Assembly: GCA_010356995.1 (NCBI GenBank)
Contig: ML996706.1
Span: forward strand, 501,789-565,788
DNA: 64,000 nt
Origin: Trichodelitschia bisporula
Taxonomy: Eukaryota
Reading direction: 5' to 3'
A program made the position numbers and the translations under genes. The notes below the pieces were generated by a model. It had not been told where the DNA came from, ran no database searches, and worked only from the letters and a program-made list of their open reading frames with translations. Of the stretch, positions 25,304 to 39,152 are shown piece by piece (position 1 is the stretch's first letter; every line of letters starts with the position of its first letter).

Positions 25304-25784
25304 GTGGATGTGGTGAGTGGGCGGCGGTAGAGTCGAGGCTTCCGCGTTCTTGAGTCTGTGGCTGTGTCCTTTTGGGTTGTCGAGTCCGATACGGGAAATC
25401 GGCAGGCCGGGTGCGAGAGCGGGCTCATGCGCGTTCACTTCATTTCGTTACTCCTTTGGGTTCTTTGGGTTCTTTGGGGGAAGAGATGGTTGGCGGATAT
25501 ACAAATGCTTCGGGGCAGAGATGCTGTTGGAGGATATATAAGTGGAATTTGAATGGATTGGGCATGGATATGGCGACTGAACCTCAACCTCGTGATAGCG
25601 AACCAATCTCAAAGCTTTTATGGATAGCTCTACTTGCCTTATCGAGCCGGAGTTCCTACGTCATAGGTTAAGCGAATGCGGGGCTTGGGCTTGGTGCCCC
25701 TCATCAACCTCTCTATAAGCAAACACTCACGAACGTGTGTTCACTTCGTCCAATTCCACACTTTCGACAATCCCCACAGCCATC

Positions 25785-27295
25785 ATGTCCCTCGAACAGC
25801 TCATAACCATCTCCCCCTCAACCAACAAGCCTGTCACAACCCGCACCGGCCTCTCAGACTCAGCCCTCGCCACTCTCCCCTCCACCGCCACCGCCGCCTT
25901 CGCCTCCTTCCGCCAGACCACCCTCAAAAAGCGGCAGGCCATAATCCACAAAGCCCTCAAACTCCTCACCCAGCGCAAAGATGTCCTCGCGCGCGAACTC
26001 ACCGAGCAAATGGGCCGGCCAATAGCGTATACGGCTAAGGAGATTACCACCGCCGTCGCTCGCGCAGAGTACCTGCTTAAGATCAGCGACGACGCGCTCG
26101 CGGACACGGACGGCGAGGCGGAGAGCGGGTTTAAGCGGTATATACGGAAGGTGCCTGTCGGGCCGGTGCTCATCCTCTTTGCGTGGAACGTGAGTTCCCC
26201 CCCATAGGTGCCGCGGCGTGCAGGGCTGACCAGCAGTACCCATACCTCATCCTCGTGAACTCGCTAATTCCCGCGCTCCTGGCTGGTAACACGGTGATTC
26301 TGAAGCCTTCGCCGCAGACACCGAGTATTGTCGAGCATATCCACGAGATCTTCACCGAGGCCGGGCTCCCGGAGAATGTTATGCAGTATTTCCACTGCGG
26401 CTCGTATTTCCAGCTCGAGACGCTGGTGCGCGCGCCGGAGATACAGCTCGTGTGCTTCACCGGCTCCGTGGCAGGCGGGCTGTCCGTGCAGCGCGCGGCG
26501 AGTGACCGCGTTGCCGTGCGGGTGGGGCTGGAGCTCGGCGGGAAGGATCCTGCGTATGTGAGGGGCGATGTGGATGTTAAGTGGGCGGCGGAGGAGATTG
26601 TCGACGGGGCGGTGTTTAACTCTGGGCAGAGCTGCTGCAGTATCGAGCGCGTGTATGTCGCGGCGGAGATTCATGATGAGTTCGTTGCGGCGGTGCAGGA
26701 GGTGCTCAAGGGGTATGTGCTCGGCGATCCGAGCGATCCGAAGACGCATCTCGGGCCGGTGGTGTCGAAGCGGTCGGCGGAGACTATTCGGGCGCATATC
26801 AAGGACGCGTTGGAGAAGGGCGCGGTCGATGCTACGCCTGCGAACGAGAGCTTTGAGCACCCGCCGCCGGATGGGAATTATGTCGCGCCGACGCTGCTCA
26901 CGGGTGTCGATCATGACATGGCGGTTATGAAGGAGGAGACCTTCGGCCCTATCATCCCGGTCATGAAGGTGGCAGATGACGCCGAGGCCATCCGGCTCAT
27001 GAACGACAGTAACTTCGGCCTGACGGCGAGTATCTGGACCAAGGACGTTGAGAAGGGCCATGAGCTTGTGGACGAGGTCGAGGCGGGCACGGTATTTGTC
27101 AATCGCTGCGACTTTCCTAGTCCCGTGAGTGTTCGCCCCGTGCGCGGTTTTTTGCAACTTACTTACCCCCTTGTGTTATAGGACTTAGCCTGGATAGGCT
27201 GGAAGGACTCTGGAAAGGGCCAGACACTGAGCAAGTTCGGCTTCGATCAGTTCGTCAAGCTTAAGAGTTATCACATCAAGGACTATCCCAAATGA
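25785..27295 (+). CDS. Aldehyde dehydrogenase
   Basis: AWN/YP, KPSPQTP, FTGS, LELGGKDP, FNSGQSCC (catalytic Cys), EETFGP; introns ~26190-26236 and ~27125-27181. Confidence 0.95.
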
Positions 27296-28167
27296 AGCGG
27301 TTATGTGAGACAGCGGAGACCGAGGCTGAGACTGGTAGCATCGGGGATACGCGGACGCGAACACGACGCGCCCGGTTGTTTTGCACATGTCTCCAATTTT
27401 GAACTCTGGTAACCATATCGCGTCGTCACGCGTGGGGTGGAATGTGCCAGCTTTCGTCACGCAAGGGCCGTTGCACAAGGCTGGCCCTAGGGCGGGGGAT
27501 AACTTGTCCGAACGGGTAGATGATTGCGGCGCCCTAGCAACGGCAACATCTCTCAATAGAGTGAAAGAAAGTTTAAAGATTTATATCATCTCTGTAGACT
27601 TCAGTTATGTCTCTCCCCGTCTCGTGCGGTGTGTCTTCAGCCTTGAGCCTAGCCTAGCCTCCCAGCCCCTCCGCTTCGCGTCACTCCCTCTCGTCTGTTC
27701 TTCCAACCCTTCTCCCCCGCAACGACATTCCTGTCTCAACCTCCCCCCAACCAAAGATCACCGCGTTCCCCTTCCCTTCGCCGCCCTCACTCACAGAATG
27801 CAGCAAAGGAGACCTCTCCGCCCTCGCGCCGAGCAGGTGTTCAAAGCAAGGGCTAGACCAGCGCAGTTCCGTTGCCTGGCGCACAAAATTTCACTGGCGA
27901 AGGGGAGCTCATTGTCTGCCTTTGTTAGGGTTCGTATATAGACCGTTCTTTGCCCCGCCATAGTAGGGTATACCCCGCGCAGACATTCCTTCCAGTCGCT
28001 TTCTTGTGAAAGGGTCGAGGTGCGGACGGCTACGCTTATTGTCGGAAATAGAACTAGTCGTTATACGTTTGATTGGCTATTTGTCCACTCTGACTTCTAT
28101 TGTCATTGTTGTATACCACGCCGAGGGCCAGCCAAGGCTCACGATCTTCCGCATATACTCACTGTTC

Positions 28168-28266
28168 GAGCAACTTTCCTTCACCTTTGCCAGCGCGAGC
28201 AACTATCTTTCACTTCTGCCACCGCGAGCAACTCTCCTTCACTTCTGCATCCGTGAGCAACTCTCC
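28168..28266 (+). repeat. ~30-bp tandem repeat (GAGCAACT.TC.TTCAC.T.TGC), 3-4 copies
   Basis: Seen directly upstream of the ATG at 28314. Confidence 0.8.
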
Positions 28267-28313
28267 ACCTCTCCACTCCCTCATCCTCACCACCACCACA
28301 ACGCAAACGCAAA

Positions 28314-28856
28314 ATGCCAGCCCTTACCGCGCTCGCGTCCTTCGTGCGCTCCCTCCTCTGCGGCACAGAGCAGCCCACATCACCGACGAAGCTGGAGATC
28401 GTACGTCCCCTGCCCCCTCCTTTCCCCTCACTTCCTCCCTTCCCCCCACTGTCGAAGATACCCCAAGCTAACCAACCCCAGTCCGCCCCCACCGACTTCC
28501 GCCGCGAAGAAGTCATCCTCCCCGGCCTCACTGACGAAGAGTAAGCTCCCTTCCCCTCCCTCCTCCATAAACGTACTAACCCTACCCCCAGCCGCGCCTT
28601 CCTCGCCGCCAAAACAGCCGAGAATCCGCGCTCGCCTGTGGTGCCCCTGATCGTCGCGGCGCAGGAACTCCCCTCTACGGGCGGGGCCGATCCTGTTCCG
28701 ACAGCTCCTGCGGCGCTGCGTACTGAGCATCGGGGTCGGCTTGCGCGTTTCCTGGGCCGGCTCAAGCCAGCCCGTGGGCGGGGGATGGTCCGCGGGGCTG
28801 TGGGGGCGAGTCGGGCGAGTAGTCTTACGCTTAGGGGAGATGAGAAGCGTGATTAG
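28314..28856 (+). CDS. Small (~136 aa) three-exon protein with partial CRIB-like motif
   Basis: Introns 28401-28481 (GTACGT..GCTAAC..CAG) and 28541-28591 (GTAAGC..ACTAAC..CAG) keep the frame: MPALTALASFVRSLLCG..LEISAPTDFRREE..RAFLAAK..GDEKRD*. Confidence 0.7.
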
Positions 28857-29112
28857 GCTTCAGGGGGAGAGTGGAGGATACTAGGGGAGACGGCGGCGGT
28901 TAGATTTCTTCTGCATGGCGCGGTTGCTAGTTGGGTGATACATGTTCTTTGACATGGCTGATACTGTGTGGCGAAGAGAATGGGAGATTGGTATCGCGGT
29001 CTATGTGTGTCCTATCTACAGTAAAACCTGATGGGTGTGAAGACCTAGAGTACAATGTTATACACACCTTCTTTCCCTCATCACCTCCCAAAGCCGTCCA
29101 AAACACCCTCTT

Positions 29113-30626
29113 CTACCGCGGCCTAAACACAAACAGCACCACCCCCGCCACCGCCGCGCCAACGCCAACACCACTCAGCGCCGCAGCTGTGATATCCACC
29201 TTACGCACCGTAACCGGGTCTTCGCTGAACAGCGCTACCGCTTCGTCCTTGACACGTCCCAGGTCCCACGACCGGGGCTCCGAGGGTTCCACAGGCTCCG
29301 TGGGCACTGCAGATTCCGACTCCGGAACAACGGGAGCGGGGAGCGGGGTCTCGGGTGCAGGCACGGGTTCCTTAGGCACTTCCGGCATCGCGGCCACCGG
29401 CGCCTCCTTTCCAACCTCCGGCTCCGCCGCCGCAGGCAGCGGCACAGCCTCCGCAATCGCCGCCGAAAGCGCCGCCGCTGCCGTACTCGCAACATGCTCA
29501 TCCAGCGCGGCTCTCACCTCGCGGACCAACCTCTTCCTCCTCCACGGCTCAATAAGCACAAGACTAAACAACAACAAAAAAATATTAACCCCCATGAGCC
29601 CAAACGTAACCCACGTCGAATTGCGCCTTATCGTATCACTCCAAATCTGCTCCTCGTGGTATTGAGCTCTTTCGCGTTTTTCCAGCCGCGAGCGCGCTTC
29701 TTCGAGCGCCCGCTCTGCAGCTGCGACGGCGTCTTTGGCGCCTTGTACGGCTTGGTCGTTGATGTGCTCGGAGCGGATGAGGGACATGTACCGTTCTAGG
29801 TCTGTTGCCGACCAGGAGTGTTTGCGTTCGAGGAGGCCGACGACTTCTTTCTGTGAGGAGGCTTGTTGGGCGTGGGCGGCGTCGAGGGCGAGTTTGGCGG
29901 TTGAGACGGCGGCGGAGTGGGATTTTACTAGTTGCTCTGCTGGGGGTTAGATGAGGGTCAAGGGAGGGGTTGAGGGGCAGGAGGGGAAGGGGGGGGCGAG
30001 AGCGGACCTTGTTCCTTGATTTCCCGCCGCAAAGCCTCGATCCCACTGTAGTCGGTACCGGTGAATTGGTTTATGCGCTGGCCCGCCATTATGAGTTTTG
30101 GCATCAGGTTGTCCATGAAGTGGTTTAGGCGCTTGGATAGGGACCAGCGGTTGCGTTCGGTGTGGGAGGGGAGGTCTTCGTCGGCGGCTTGTTGGACAGG
30201 GGAGGGTGGTGGTGGTGGTGATGGTGAGATAGGCGGCGTAGGGGGAGGGACGGGTTGCGACGGAGGTGGAGCTTGAGGCCGAAGTGGAGTATTTCGTAGG
30301 CCATCTGCTTCTGATATCGTGCTCGAGCTGGACGCTGGAAGACTGCTCCTGGAGCTTTGTTCTCCGGGTGCGCCAGTTGGCGGTACGTGTATCGTCGTCC
30401 CGTCGCTCCGCCCACTGTCTTCTCTCCACGCTCGCGCACTGCTCGACCACATCCGAAGACCAATTGACCCTCTCTCCCCCTCATTCACTCCATTAAACGC
30501 GCCCCATCTCCCCCAACATCCCCGCACCTCGGCCGCAATCCGCGCGGTTGTTCGTACCGGGCCGGGACCGGGCCCCGAAGTCAAGGCTCGTAGTGAAGTG
30601 CGTAGGAGCCGCGGGCGGAACGTCAT
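29113..30626 (-). CDS. SHE9: Mitochondrial inner-membrane protein She9/Mdm33
   Basis: INQFTGTDYSGIEALR, SQKEVVGLLERKHSWSATDLERYMSLIRSEHIND, YHEEQIWSDTIRRNSTWVTFGLMGVN, EPWRRKRLV; one intron. Confidence 0.93.
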
Positions 30627-31109
30627 TGCAAGGCCGGGGCCTGCGTGTTGCCCCCGAGTGGGATCGTGGAATAAGTGAGTGTGGTGTTGAGGTTGAAGTG
30701 GGGTGGGGAGGTGAGGTTGGTGTTGTGCGCCGGCTCGGCGGTCGGGCGGGGCGCGGGTCCGGGGTGCGGAGAGTCGGCCGCAGAGAAATTTCGCCGGAAA
30801 TTCTGCCGAAAAGGAAGATTATGCGATGCTTCGTGAGAATTGGTATTCAAACTATAAGTTGTTGAAGAAATTGACTACTGCTTACTGAGGTTCGTGTCCC
30901 TGGTGAAGAGAATGGCACATATTCGTTCATTCCCGCTTCCGGCGTTCATAGCCGATCTTTCTCCCCGCCGATTGCCCCGTTTAGCGTCCGCTCGACCACC
31001 CGTTGTCCGATCAGTAGGCCGATACCGTTAGAATATCTGAACTTTTTTTCTCTGTACATCTTCAGCCTTCTCGTATCACCCCGCCCAAAGCCCAGCCTCG
31101 CCTATCAAA

Positions 31110-32102
31110 ATGACGTCTCCGCCCTCTGACCTCCCGGCTATGGCCACAAACCCCAAGTTCATATTCTTCACCGACTTCGACGGGACCATCACGCTGCAAG
31201 ACAGTCCGTATCACATACCCCCCATCCATCCCCTCACTAACTCCCCAGGCAATGACTACCTCGTACCTCCCGCCTGCTTCTCCTCCTTCACCCTAACCCT
31301 AACCCGCGTAGACAGACACTTATGGCATGGGCCGCTCGCGCCGTCTAGAGCTCGGCGCCGCAGTCCTTGATGGAAGTCTAACCTTCCGCAGCGCCTTTGC
31401 ACAGATGCTCGGCTCCGTCCCTCTGCCTTTCAGCGCGTGTACAGCAGCACTGGCCCAACAAGCCCGCTTCGACGCCGGCTTCGTCCCATTCCTACGCTAC
31501 GCCGCGGACAACAACATCCCCGTCGTAATCCTAAGCGGCGGAATGGCGCCCATCATCTCCTCCATGCTGCACGCCGAACTCGGGTCCGAAATGGCGGAGA
31601 AGTTACAGGTCGTCGCGAACGGAGTGCGGGTTAGAGATGGCAAGAAGGACCTGGACGAAGAGGGCGGGTGGGAGATTGAGTTTCGGGATGAGAGTGGGTT
31701 TGGACATGATAAGGCGCGGACGATAAGGCCTTATGCGCAGCTGGGGGAGGGGAGGCCGGTGATGTTTTATGCGGGGGATGGGGTTAGTGATCTTAGTGCG
31801 GCGAGGGAGACGGATTTGTTGTTTGCGAAGAAGGGGAAGGGTGAGTTTGGGATGTGTTTTTTGGGATGGGGCTGATAGGGGGCAGATTTGGTGACGTATT
31901 GTGTGAGGGAGGAGGTGCCGTTTACGGTGTTTGGGGATTGGGGGGAGATTTTGGAGAAGGTGAAGGCGGTTGTGTAAGTTACTCCTGTGGTTTGGGAGGC
32001 GAGGCTAATGGATGTAGGGAGGGTAGGACGACGGTTCAGGAGGAGGCTAAGGAGGGACTGAAGACGTATCATAAGGGTGAGGCTGGAGTGCCGGTGGTGT
32101 AG
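31110..32102 (+). CDS. HAD-superfamily phosphatase (MtnX/Pyp1-like)
   Basis: FFTDFDGTITLQDS-NDYL, VVILSGGM, SGFGHDK, YAGDGVSDLSAARETDLLFAK; four introns including a micro-exon. Confidence 0.9.
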
Positions 32103-32374
32103 AGGACTGGGTCGTACTGGGCAATATATACACGTAGACGGTCGGATGGCAATAGACGGGACGGGGAAACGGAATGGACAACATAGACGTAATAGGCAAA
32201 GGGTGATCACACTCCACATATACCATCACTCTCACCCTTGTCAGCCGCTTGGAGAGACCACATATCCAACTTTTGAACCTGCCATATCCGGCCATTAACC
32301 CCTAGCGAGAAACGGCTTCTAAACCGTCTACTATCTACAGTCGCAGGATAGAACCATATCCTTTATCTACCCCA

Positions 32375-33411
32375 TTATTGATAGATCTTGATCGAGTTTA
32401 TAACCCAATACGCCTCCGAAAACGTCCCCGGATTCCTGGCCACATACTCATTGCACGTCGGCGCCCTCCCCGCACAACTCCCCTTATCCCACAACTGTCC
32501 CGCCCACCCGCCACAAAACGTCGTCTGCACAATCTAGCATCCCAGTCAGCCTCACCTACAGCCTTCTCCGCAGTACTCACCACACTCATATCCCGCAGGT
32601 AATTATTAAACGCACACCCAACCCAATTCGCCACCGGCTGTCCCCACCCCGCCGGATTCGGATTCCCCATAAGCACATCAAACGGCACATTCCCCTTCGT
32701 CCACTGCCACGTCTTCACCCCCTCATTCGTCCACTGCGTCGCATAAACACCCCCCCCTACGCCATTAAACCCATCCCCCATGCCCGATCCCGCCGTATTA
32801 AACACCCCACACCCCACATCTCCATTCCCCGCCCCACAATCCGTCTGCCCAGTCCTCGCCCCACTCTGTCCCTCCGGTCCAACCCCCGGCACGCAACCGG
32901 GCGACGTGTGAAGCGTGATCTGGTTCTGCGGCATTTCGTTCACAGCTTCTATGATATCAATCTCCCCGTCCTGCGGCCACTTCGGCCCGACCATCCAGAA
33001 GGCGGGCCACACGCCGCAGGTCATTTTGGGCATGTGGTCGAAATCGCCTATCACAAGCACGTTGTTGTACGTCGCCTTGGTCCTCAAGCGGACGCTGTGG
33101 CGCCCGGGGGCGGAGGGGTCGAGGGAGATCCGGGAGTCGGCGCGGAGGATGAGTTTGCCGTTTTGCGTTTCGAGGAGCCCGGCGAATTGGGCTTGGGCTT
33201 CGCTGAGGTAGTCGACGAATTCGTAGTTGTTGCGGACGCCCTAGTGGGGGGGGTTAGTAGGGTGCGAGAGTAGTGGATGGTATCTTACGGATTCGATGAA
33301 CATGCCATCGCGCCAGTTGTTGCCGTCCCAGGAACCGACTAGTTGGTAGGCCATGGCGGGCTGTAGAACGGCGGACGCCAAAAAGACATTACGAGGAGAT
33401 AGAAGCAGCAT
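32375..33411 (-). CDS. Secreted GH16 endo-1,3(4)-beta-glucanase
   Basis: Signal peptide; GRHSVRL, HMP..CGVWPAFW, WPQDGEIDIIE (catalytic ExDxxE), TTFCGGWAG, AYWVINSIKIYQ*; two introns. Confidence 0.92.
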
Positions 33412-34496
33412 GATGTCAGGGAGTGTGTAGAGAAAACGAGGGCTCCTTCAACGAGGGCTCCTTCAACAAAGGATCTAGAGAGTCAGTGTCTAGAGCGTCA
33501 ATGTCTACACCGTCAAGATCTCAGAGAATCAAGCCGACGCCAGAGCATTGCACTTATCAACACCATCCACGCCGCACGTAGTCCATCTCCAAGATAATGG
33601 CTGTGCCGCTTTAAAGGATCAGATACAGGAACATGTCGGATCAGGGCGTATACAAGCTTCGATAATGATCCAATCTCGGAGCAGCAAGCTTTCAGCGGCA
33701 AAGTCATCTATCAGAACTGCTGAGCACTATCCGATACCCAGACCACTGTTGGCCAGCGACACCCCGGATCCTAGGGATAATCGCATTTGGGGATCGGTTT
33801 GCGACTTTCAAGGCAGAGCCGTAGAGCAGGGCCGCCGGCGAAGAGATGAGGTGGGTGAGAACTTGCTGGCACGTCGGAAGGGGCCAACCTAGATCCACAA
33901 GCTTCTTGGAGTGAAGGAACATGTTTCATCGTAAAAATAGAGTCCTGCCTTCCGCGGCTCATTGGTCAGGAGGGGGCATCCAGAGATCGAAATTAATTTC
34001 CGAGGCATGTATATTGCCCTTCAACATAATCAGCAACCAAGTATCAGAATCCCGTCACCGCACTACGATTGACGGAAAGGGGGACGCGGGAACGTATGGG
34101 GAAAAGTGTGGGAGCGATAGCAGTCGACAGAATCCGGAATTGAGCACCTCCCACACGTCATAGGCGAGCTCTTGCGGCTGAATATCAAGACTAGCAAGCT
34201 TGCCAGGGATTCGTAAAGTAGTGGTTCATTGCGGCGGCGAGGGTGCCTTGAGCCATCCATGGGTATATGATACCGTTAGGGCGAATAGGAAGCGCGGGAG
34301 ATTGCGATTCGAAGCTCTGACCAGCCTGTCAGTACATTAAGTCCACAGGCAAATCTTAGCGACGGACAAGCAAGAGGTGAAGAACACATGCACATTATCA
34401 ATTTGCACCCAGACCCAGCACCCGCCAGCTGAGTGGGCTGACCATTATCCAAATCGCACCGTTTCGCTTCCGAGAAGGTATGCATTACGGACCATC

Positions 34497-35489
34497 TTAG
34501 ACCAGGCCCGGCGGCGGCCGTGGAGGATCGGTCCCGCTCCGTCGCCTCCGTTCGCGCTCATGAACACCCGACTGGTCGGCATTCTTGCGGAACTTGGTCC
34601 CCATGCTCTTCATCCACGCCTCATCCTCCTCGTCCCGTCCGAGCCAGTACGTCCGGCCGAGTCCAACCATGAACCGACCAACCTTGCCCTTCCAGCCCCA
34701 GCCCTCTTCTTTCCCTTCTTCGAACGGACTCTCGGCCAGCTCCGAGGACTTGCTTCCGGAGTGGAGATCGTAGTTGCGCGTGCTGCTGACCTGGATGGAT
34801 TGGTGCAGAACTTGGCGCGCGTATGCCATGACGACGAGCACGGCATATACGCGAAGCGCCCAGAAAAAGCAAACGATGATGATGCTCATCACGCCGCCGG
34901 GGCTTAGAACGACGTTCGCAAGGCCCTGGCCGCCCGATGCGGTCCCCGATCCCACGGCAACCGCATCCTGGCCAGGCCGCAGGCCCGAGGCAGGTGCGGC
35001 TACAACATCAACCTGGCTGACGTTGTACTGAGGGTTTGTGAAGCCGCTGGTGTTGTCGATCGTCTTCCCACCCGGGATCTTGGTTGCAACATCTTTGGAA
35101 GCGACGACCATGAACCAGGTGAAGGCGAAGACGGCCGTGTAGAGAGAGTTGATGATCGTGTCGAGCACATACAGCTGCGCGAATGCGAGACAGTGCCATG
35201 GAGTCTGGCTGCGAATGTGCGGCGCAAGGTAGACGGTAAGGGCGAGTGCGATGAGAGAGTAGAGGTACATGGAGAGTTGGAAGGAGGAGATGGAGTAGCC
35301 CGTCAACAGGGCGAGGATGCCGTAGACGCCCGTGGCCTTGTTTATGACATGTGCGAGAAGTATAGTAGACGTGCCCGTCCTAAGTGACATGAAGTGAAGG
35401 AATTTCTGCTATCGTGAGCCTCGAAGCGCGCTTAGTCGTTGCCTACTTACGGTCGGGCGCGGCACCTTCAACAGCGAAAGGCGCCCCAT
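34497..35489 (-). CDS. KEI1: IPC synthase regulatory subunit Kei1
   Basis: MGRLSLLKVPRPT / KFLHFMSLRTG..INKATGVYGILALLTG, QLSMYLYS, LDTIINSLYT, RVYAVLVVMAYARQVL. Confidence 0.88.
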
Positions 35490-35926
35490 TTTGAGTCGCG
35501 GGATCCTTATGCAGGCGGTTTGTAGGACATGCAGGTTAAGTCGCGCGGTCGGAAGAGGTCCACAGTGTAAGAAGAGGCCGTGGTGGAGGTTGGAAGTTTG
35601 ATGGAGCGACGGGTTGCTTGAGGGCGGGAACGGGCACGGGGGCAACGAGCGAAGCACTTGGCGTAACGGGTCCGGGCGATCCGGCAACCCGCTAACCGGC
35701 TAACGACTCGTTAGTCAGCCCTTGGCCGACGAGCACAATTATAAGTGACCAACCATTCAGGCCTTGAGGATGATCATTCTGCCTTTCACTGCAGCGATGA
35801 TGAGATAGGAAGGTGTCTAGTTGGTCGCGAATCCCGGGCATTATTGGACAGTTGAGAGCACCATGCGTGCACCGCTGCGAAAATCATTCCGAACCTTAAC
35901 GATGTAATTGCAACAACGCTACGGCT

Positions 35927-37165
35927 CTAGGAGGGCGGCTTTCGCACAATCTTGATGCCACTGTCCCTGCCCATCATGCCACGCCCTTCTCCGACAAGCC
36001 CATCAAGCCCTTCAATACCCTCCATTGGATCCGTGTGATTACCTCTCTCAGGACCCCTCTTCCACTCATCACCCTCGGCCTTCCACTTCTCTCGCTCAGC
36101 TTCGTCGTATTCCTCTCGTCGATCAATCCACCGCTCCTGGACGTCCCTGATATCCATCGTCACCGCATCATCGCGCATGGCCACTTGCCACACAGTGTCA
36201 TTTGCCCCATTCGCACTCCCAAACACGTAACCGCTGGCGCGGTCAATAGCGCGCAGCAGCATCGCCATGGACTCCTTGTCTTCTACCGCCAGAGTCTCAA
36301 AGCCTACCAGTGAAAAGTCCTGGACAAGGTCCACGATGGCACTGTTTAGGGCGGCGAACTTGGAAGGTGGCTCTTCAGGAGGCTCCGTCTCAGAGTCATT
36401 ATCGCCGTCTTCATGGCCGGGCGGTGCCTCGCCGCTGCGCTCCGCGTCGAGAAGGGGGAGCAAGTATTGTAGGTCATGGACTTCTGTGTAGAAGTCTAGG
36501 TTGAATGGTAGAGAAGGGTAGTTTATCAGGTTGTCTATCTTCGTAAGGACGTTGAGGTGCGGTAGTTCCATCTGGAGCATGCTACGCAGCGCAAGAAGGA
36601 GAGCCGAGATGTAGAGTGACGGTTGCGTCAAGACGAAAGAATCTGTAAGATGCAACACTATGAGCTAGAGAACTAGACGTTAGCTGCTACCAAGGAGAAG
36701 GTGTGCGTTGATCAACAAACTCTGTACCCCAGTTTCTGCAGCCGGAAGAAGATATTGCGCAGCGAGGAGTGGTGCGTGAACACCTCGACTTGTCCCGGGC
36801 AATCGAAGATGACGTATTCGTCATCTACGGCTCAAGTCAGCCATCCGCACGGCATCCAGCGTCTTGCGCGGCTCACCTCCGAGCTCCTTCAGCCCTTTTT
36901 CTAACCATTCGAAGTTGTGCTCCAACTCTTCGAGTGCATACAGCACACCGCCGTTCGGCCCCAGCTCCTCCGCCTCCATTATCTCGTCGAGGGTAACCAG
37001 GTCGCGGACATCGACGGCGGCGGGGTAGGAGGTTTTGTCGTTGGCGGGGTCGAGGTTCACGACGGAGACCGGGCGGCCGATGGCGGACATGAACTGGTGC
37101 ATGCCATCGCAGTATGTTGACTTCCCGGACCCGGGAGGGCCGATCACTAATTGTGCGAAAGGCAT
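35927..37165 (-). CDS. GPN2: GPN-loop GTPase 2
   Basis: MPFAQLVIGPPGSGKSTYC, VVNLDPAND, LGPNGG, FDCPGQVEVFTHH, MLQMELPHLNVLTKID; two introns. Confidence 0.93.
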
Positions 37166-37576
37166 ATGGGCGGCGCGTTGGTTGCGATCGTTTGAACGGT
37201 GGAGAAGGTGGCTTGTCCGTCGAGCTGCAGAGACGCGTCGCGTAAAGTGTGGGGGTGAAAGCGCGGCTTGTGAGCTTGCTGACGTCAAAGTTGATGCCTT
37301 ATCGTCGTTTCTCTGCCTTATATCCTCACGCCAGACAGCAGTCCATTCTGTCGAGGTTGAGATGTATGAGAATGGACGTTGATGATCTCTCTTTAGAGGA
37401 ATAAGGCGTGGAACATGTCTGTAATGCACAATCTTGCCTCTTTCATGTTGCAGCCCAGACCGTTGCTTTCCCAGTTGCACGACACATCAGCTCATGATGC
37501 TCCTGTTCAGTGGCAGATGAATGATCAAGACACTTTGAATATAGAAAGAAATCAGACGCCATGTCCCCCAGATATC

Positions 37577-38107
37577 TCAGTCCCCCTTCGCCTTCGGACT
37601 CCCTGTCTGCCTCCCAATGATGACACTCCCCGTAATAAGCAGCGCAGCTCCCAACCACCACTGAGGAGGCAGCCGCTCTCCAAACACCGCGACCCCAAGC
37701 AGCGCTGCGATGATAAAGTTAGACGACGTGTTAACAACATTTGCATGCACCGCTGACGGCGCCAGGGACAGGGCCCGAGTAAATAAGCCCCACATCACGC
37801 TGGAAAACAGAAAGGAGAGAGCAAAGACGACCTGAACCGGTTAGCTTGACCAAAAGTCCCCACATTAGAGTCTTACGCAGCGGATGCCATAGTCTATGGA
37901 TGCATTAGAGGGCGTGGTTCCCAGAGCTTCGGCGATGGATGCTGCCCATGACGATGTGAGCTCATCCGTAGTCCTGAGACGAATGAGTAAAGATGAACCA
38001 GAGGCTTGGGAGACGAACAATTTTGCAAAGACACCGTTAAATGCGGCGCAGGCCCCGCTTGCAAGGGCGATTACTTGCCAGGGGGTTTTTGTTGATGAAT
38101 CGGCCAT
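37577..38107 (-). CDS. Small DMT-like membrane protein (TMEM42-like)
   Basis: ASGACAAFNGVFAKL, MWGLFTRAL, VVNTSSNFIIAALLG..FGE.LP..WWLGA; two introns. Confidence 0.82.
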
Positions 38108-38454
38108 CTTTTGCTTCCTATTTATCGGTGTTCATGAGCAACGATTTGCGAACATAGGGTCAGCCACTCGGGCCGGTGAAACTCCGTTCACATCGATGAG
38201 CAGTAAGGCACGATGACGAAGTTCAAAATATATACAATTTCATTCAATTTCATCTAGCGGGCTCCTCTGGTATCCATAAAGCCATCGGCTTTCTTGCCCA
38301 CAAAACAAGGTATCTCGCGCCCATAACGCCATACACTTTTACACTCCCCATGCCTTTCGCTCCAGTCTGGGCCGCATGATAAATCGACGCCGGTTTGCCC
38401 TAAACGCCATAAAAAAACTGGAAGAGCAAAAGACCGCAGAAGAACTGCGGTTCC

Positions 38455-38914
38455 TTACGTCTCCCCAGGCTTCTTGCTGTTCATAGCGACGATTTTGATA
38501 CGATCCGAATGCAGCATATTGTTGTTGTCCAACTTGAAGTTGATGTCCTTGATGATGAACGTCCACACCTCGTCACAGAACCGGTATGTGTCAAGGTGGC
38601 CCTACGAAGCAGCCCATTAGCAATTCCAACGATGACGTACACCGGCGCACTTCGCGCGCACCTTGAAGCTCATTCGCGCCTTGACACGCTCATTCAGCAC
38701 CTCCGACACAATCCGATCGAAGTGCTGAAGCATCTTAATAGCGATCTGGGGATCGATACGGTCCTCTGTGATGTATAGATCAAGCGCATCGGTGAGAGCG
38801 GAACCGATACTGTGCCCGTTAGTCCTCGCGGTCTGCCCGCCGTTTCACATCATAGTACCTGCTGCGGCGGTAGAGCTCATAGAAGTGCTGCTGCGGCGGC
38901 GGTTGACCGGACAT
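38455..38914 (-). CDS. TOA2: Transcription initiation factor IIA gamma subunit
   Basis: Spliced manually: FYELYRRS / [29 protein letters not shown] / [26 protein letters not shown]. Confidence 0.95.
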
Positions 38915-39152
38915 GATGAAGTGAAAGTGGGGTAGAGAGGTTGGCGTTTGAAGGTAGTTCCAGACGACAGTGTTGCCGCCTCTGGCGACGTCGGAGATGC
39001 CAAGACACGTGAGCCACCCGTGTCTTTCGCCGGAGCAATCGCACCGCGCCCCCGAACCCTTGCAGGCATCAGAGGGGAGAGCAACACCAGCATCGGCGAC
39101 AGCAACTGTTCATCTTTCCCACCCACTGCTTCACGAGATATCTACGTCCAGG

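Noticed and set aside
31291..31305. Telomere-like CCCTAACCCTAACCC
   Set aside because: Only 2.5 units, and it coincides with the CTAAC branch point of a short intron.
18923..33411. Secondary-metabolite cluster (SDR, ALDH, HAD, GH16)
   Set aside because: No PKS, NRPS, terpene synthase or DUF3328 gene; the enzymes are common primary-metabolism types.
33437..33472. 15-bp tandem duplication upstream of the GH16 gene
   Set aside because: Simple slippage duplication with no element between the copies.
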